NCBI RefSeq assembly: GCF_020541245.1
Contig: NZ_CP045876.1
Span: forward strand, 300,001-332,000
Origin: Candidatus Annandia pinicola
GTDB lineage: Bacteria; Pseudomonadota; Gammaproteobacteria; Enterobacterales; Enterobacteriaceae_A
Direction of reading: 5' to 3'
Length of the DNA: 32,000 nucleotides
Part shown: positions 31,155 through 32,000 of the stretch, in pieces
Position numbering within the stretch: the stretch's first letter is position 1
Layout of the letters: each line of letters opens with the position of its first letter
Notes under the pieces: model-generated
Told to the model about the DNA's origin: nothing
What the model saw: only the letters and a program-made list of their open reading frames with translations
Database searches by the model: none
Translations under genes and position numbers: made by a program

Positions 31155-32000
31155 TTATTTTTTATTTTTATCTTTTTTTACTTCTTCAAATTCAGCATCT
31201 TCTGCATTATTAGTATTATTTTTTGATTTTTCTTTTACATTTTCAGGTTTATTTTTATCTAATTGAGTTAATTTATTAGATAATTTTAATAATTCTTCTA
31301 TTTTTTTTTCTATAGAAGCTTTACTTTCATTTTTAATAGCTAAATTTAAATTATTAATAGCTAAATTTATATTTTTTTTATCTTCAGGATTTATTTTATT
31401 TCCAAGCTCATTTATTTTTTTATGAGTACTATGAATTAATTGATCACCTTGATTTTTAATTTGTACTAATTCTTCAAATTTATGATCATCTTCTGCATTA
31501 ATTTCAGCATCTTGAACCATTTTTTTAATTTCATTTTCATGTAGACCAGAAGAAGCTTTTATTTTTATTTTTTGTTCTTTATTTGTTTTTTTATCTTTAG
31601 CTGAAACATGTAATATACCATCAGCATCAATATCAAAAGTAACTTCTATTTGAGGTATACCTCTAGGTGAAGGTTGAATACCATCTAAATTAAATTGCCC
31701 TAAAGATTTATTATCAGAAGCTTTTTTACGTTCTCCTTGTAATACATGAATTGTAACTGCATGTTGATTATCTTCTGCTGTAGAAAATATTTGACTGTGT
31801 TTTGTAGGAATAGTAGTATTTTTATTTATTAAACATGTCATAATACCACCCATAGTTTCTATTCCTAAAGATAATGGTGTTACATCCAATAATAGTACAT
31901 CTTTTACATCACCAGCAAGAACACCTCCTTGTATAGCAGCTCCTATAGCAACAGCCTCATCTGGATTTATATCTTTTCTTGGTTCTTTATTAAAAAACTC
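31155..32000 (-). CDS. dnaK: Chaperone DnaK (Hsp70), C-terminal part (5' end lies outside the window)
   Basis: The reading frame is open to the window edge; the codon starting at 32000 reads [52 protein letters not shown]... It ends ...[13 protein letters not shown]. The ORF-track start at 31889 is only an internal Met. Confidence 0.98.
   Translation of the reverse strand, partial: EFFNKEPRKDINPDEAVAIGAAIQGGVLAGDVKDVLLLDVTPLSLGIETMGGIMTCLINKNTTIPTKHSQIFSTAEDNQHAVTIHVLQGERKKASDNKSLGQFNLDGIQPSPRGIPQIEVTFDIDADGILHVSAKDKKTNKEQKIKIKASSGLHENEIKKMVQDAEINAEDDHKFEELVQIKNQGDQLIHSTHKKINELGNKINPEDKKNINLAINNLNLAIKNESKASIEKKIEELLKLSNKLTQLDKNKPENVKEKSKNNTNNAEDAEFEEVKKDKNKK

Overview
This window comes from an extremely A+T-rich, strongly reduced gammaproteobacterial chromosome of the Enterobacterales-derived obligate endosymbiont type. 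I cannot name the species from sequence alone. Spacers are almost pure A/T and proteins are rich in Ile, Lys, Asn, Phe and Tyr. I support 25 housekeeping CDS (two cut by the window edges), two tRNA genes and one decayed pseudogene. In order they are: atpD', atpC, mnmE, yidC, rnpA, rpmH, dnaN, gyrB, tRNA-Phe, groES, groEL, an efp pseudogene, an MscK/MscM-type channel, tRNA-Gly, leuABCD, a DedA-family protein, rsmA, carBA, dapB, lspA, ileS, rpsT, dnaJ and dnaK'. rpmH was missing from the ORF track and was found by hand translation. The standard genetic code applies, because ileS ends on TGA exactly at the homologous C-terminus. I found no mobile elements, CRISPR arrays, defence islands, toxin-antitoxin pairs or any unexplained multi-gene cassette. 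I therefore do not claim a novel system; every long ORF is a recognisable core gene. Seven observations deserve a second look. (1) dnaA is cleanly absent between rpmH and dnaN, and recF is absent as well. (2) The 594-bp 'spacer' after groEL holds a still-recognisable efp pseudogene, colinear with EF-P but broken by stops, frameshifts and a deletion. (3) An 85-nt near-perfect palindrome with 37 paired positions fills the dnaK-dnaJ spacer. (4) A 27-bp hairpin sits immediately upstream of the rpsT ribosome-binding site. (5) A 284-nt stretch contains no G or C at all. (6) The window is a mosaic of three ancestral E. coli-like synteny blocks, and both junctions abut tRNA genes. (7) Many in-frame homopolymer tracts of 11-15 nt lie inside essential genes. 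All comparisons to E. coli proteins and gene order come from memory, not from a database search.
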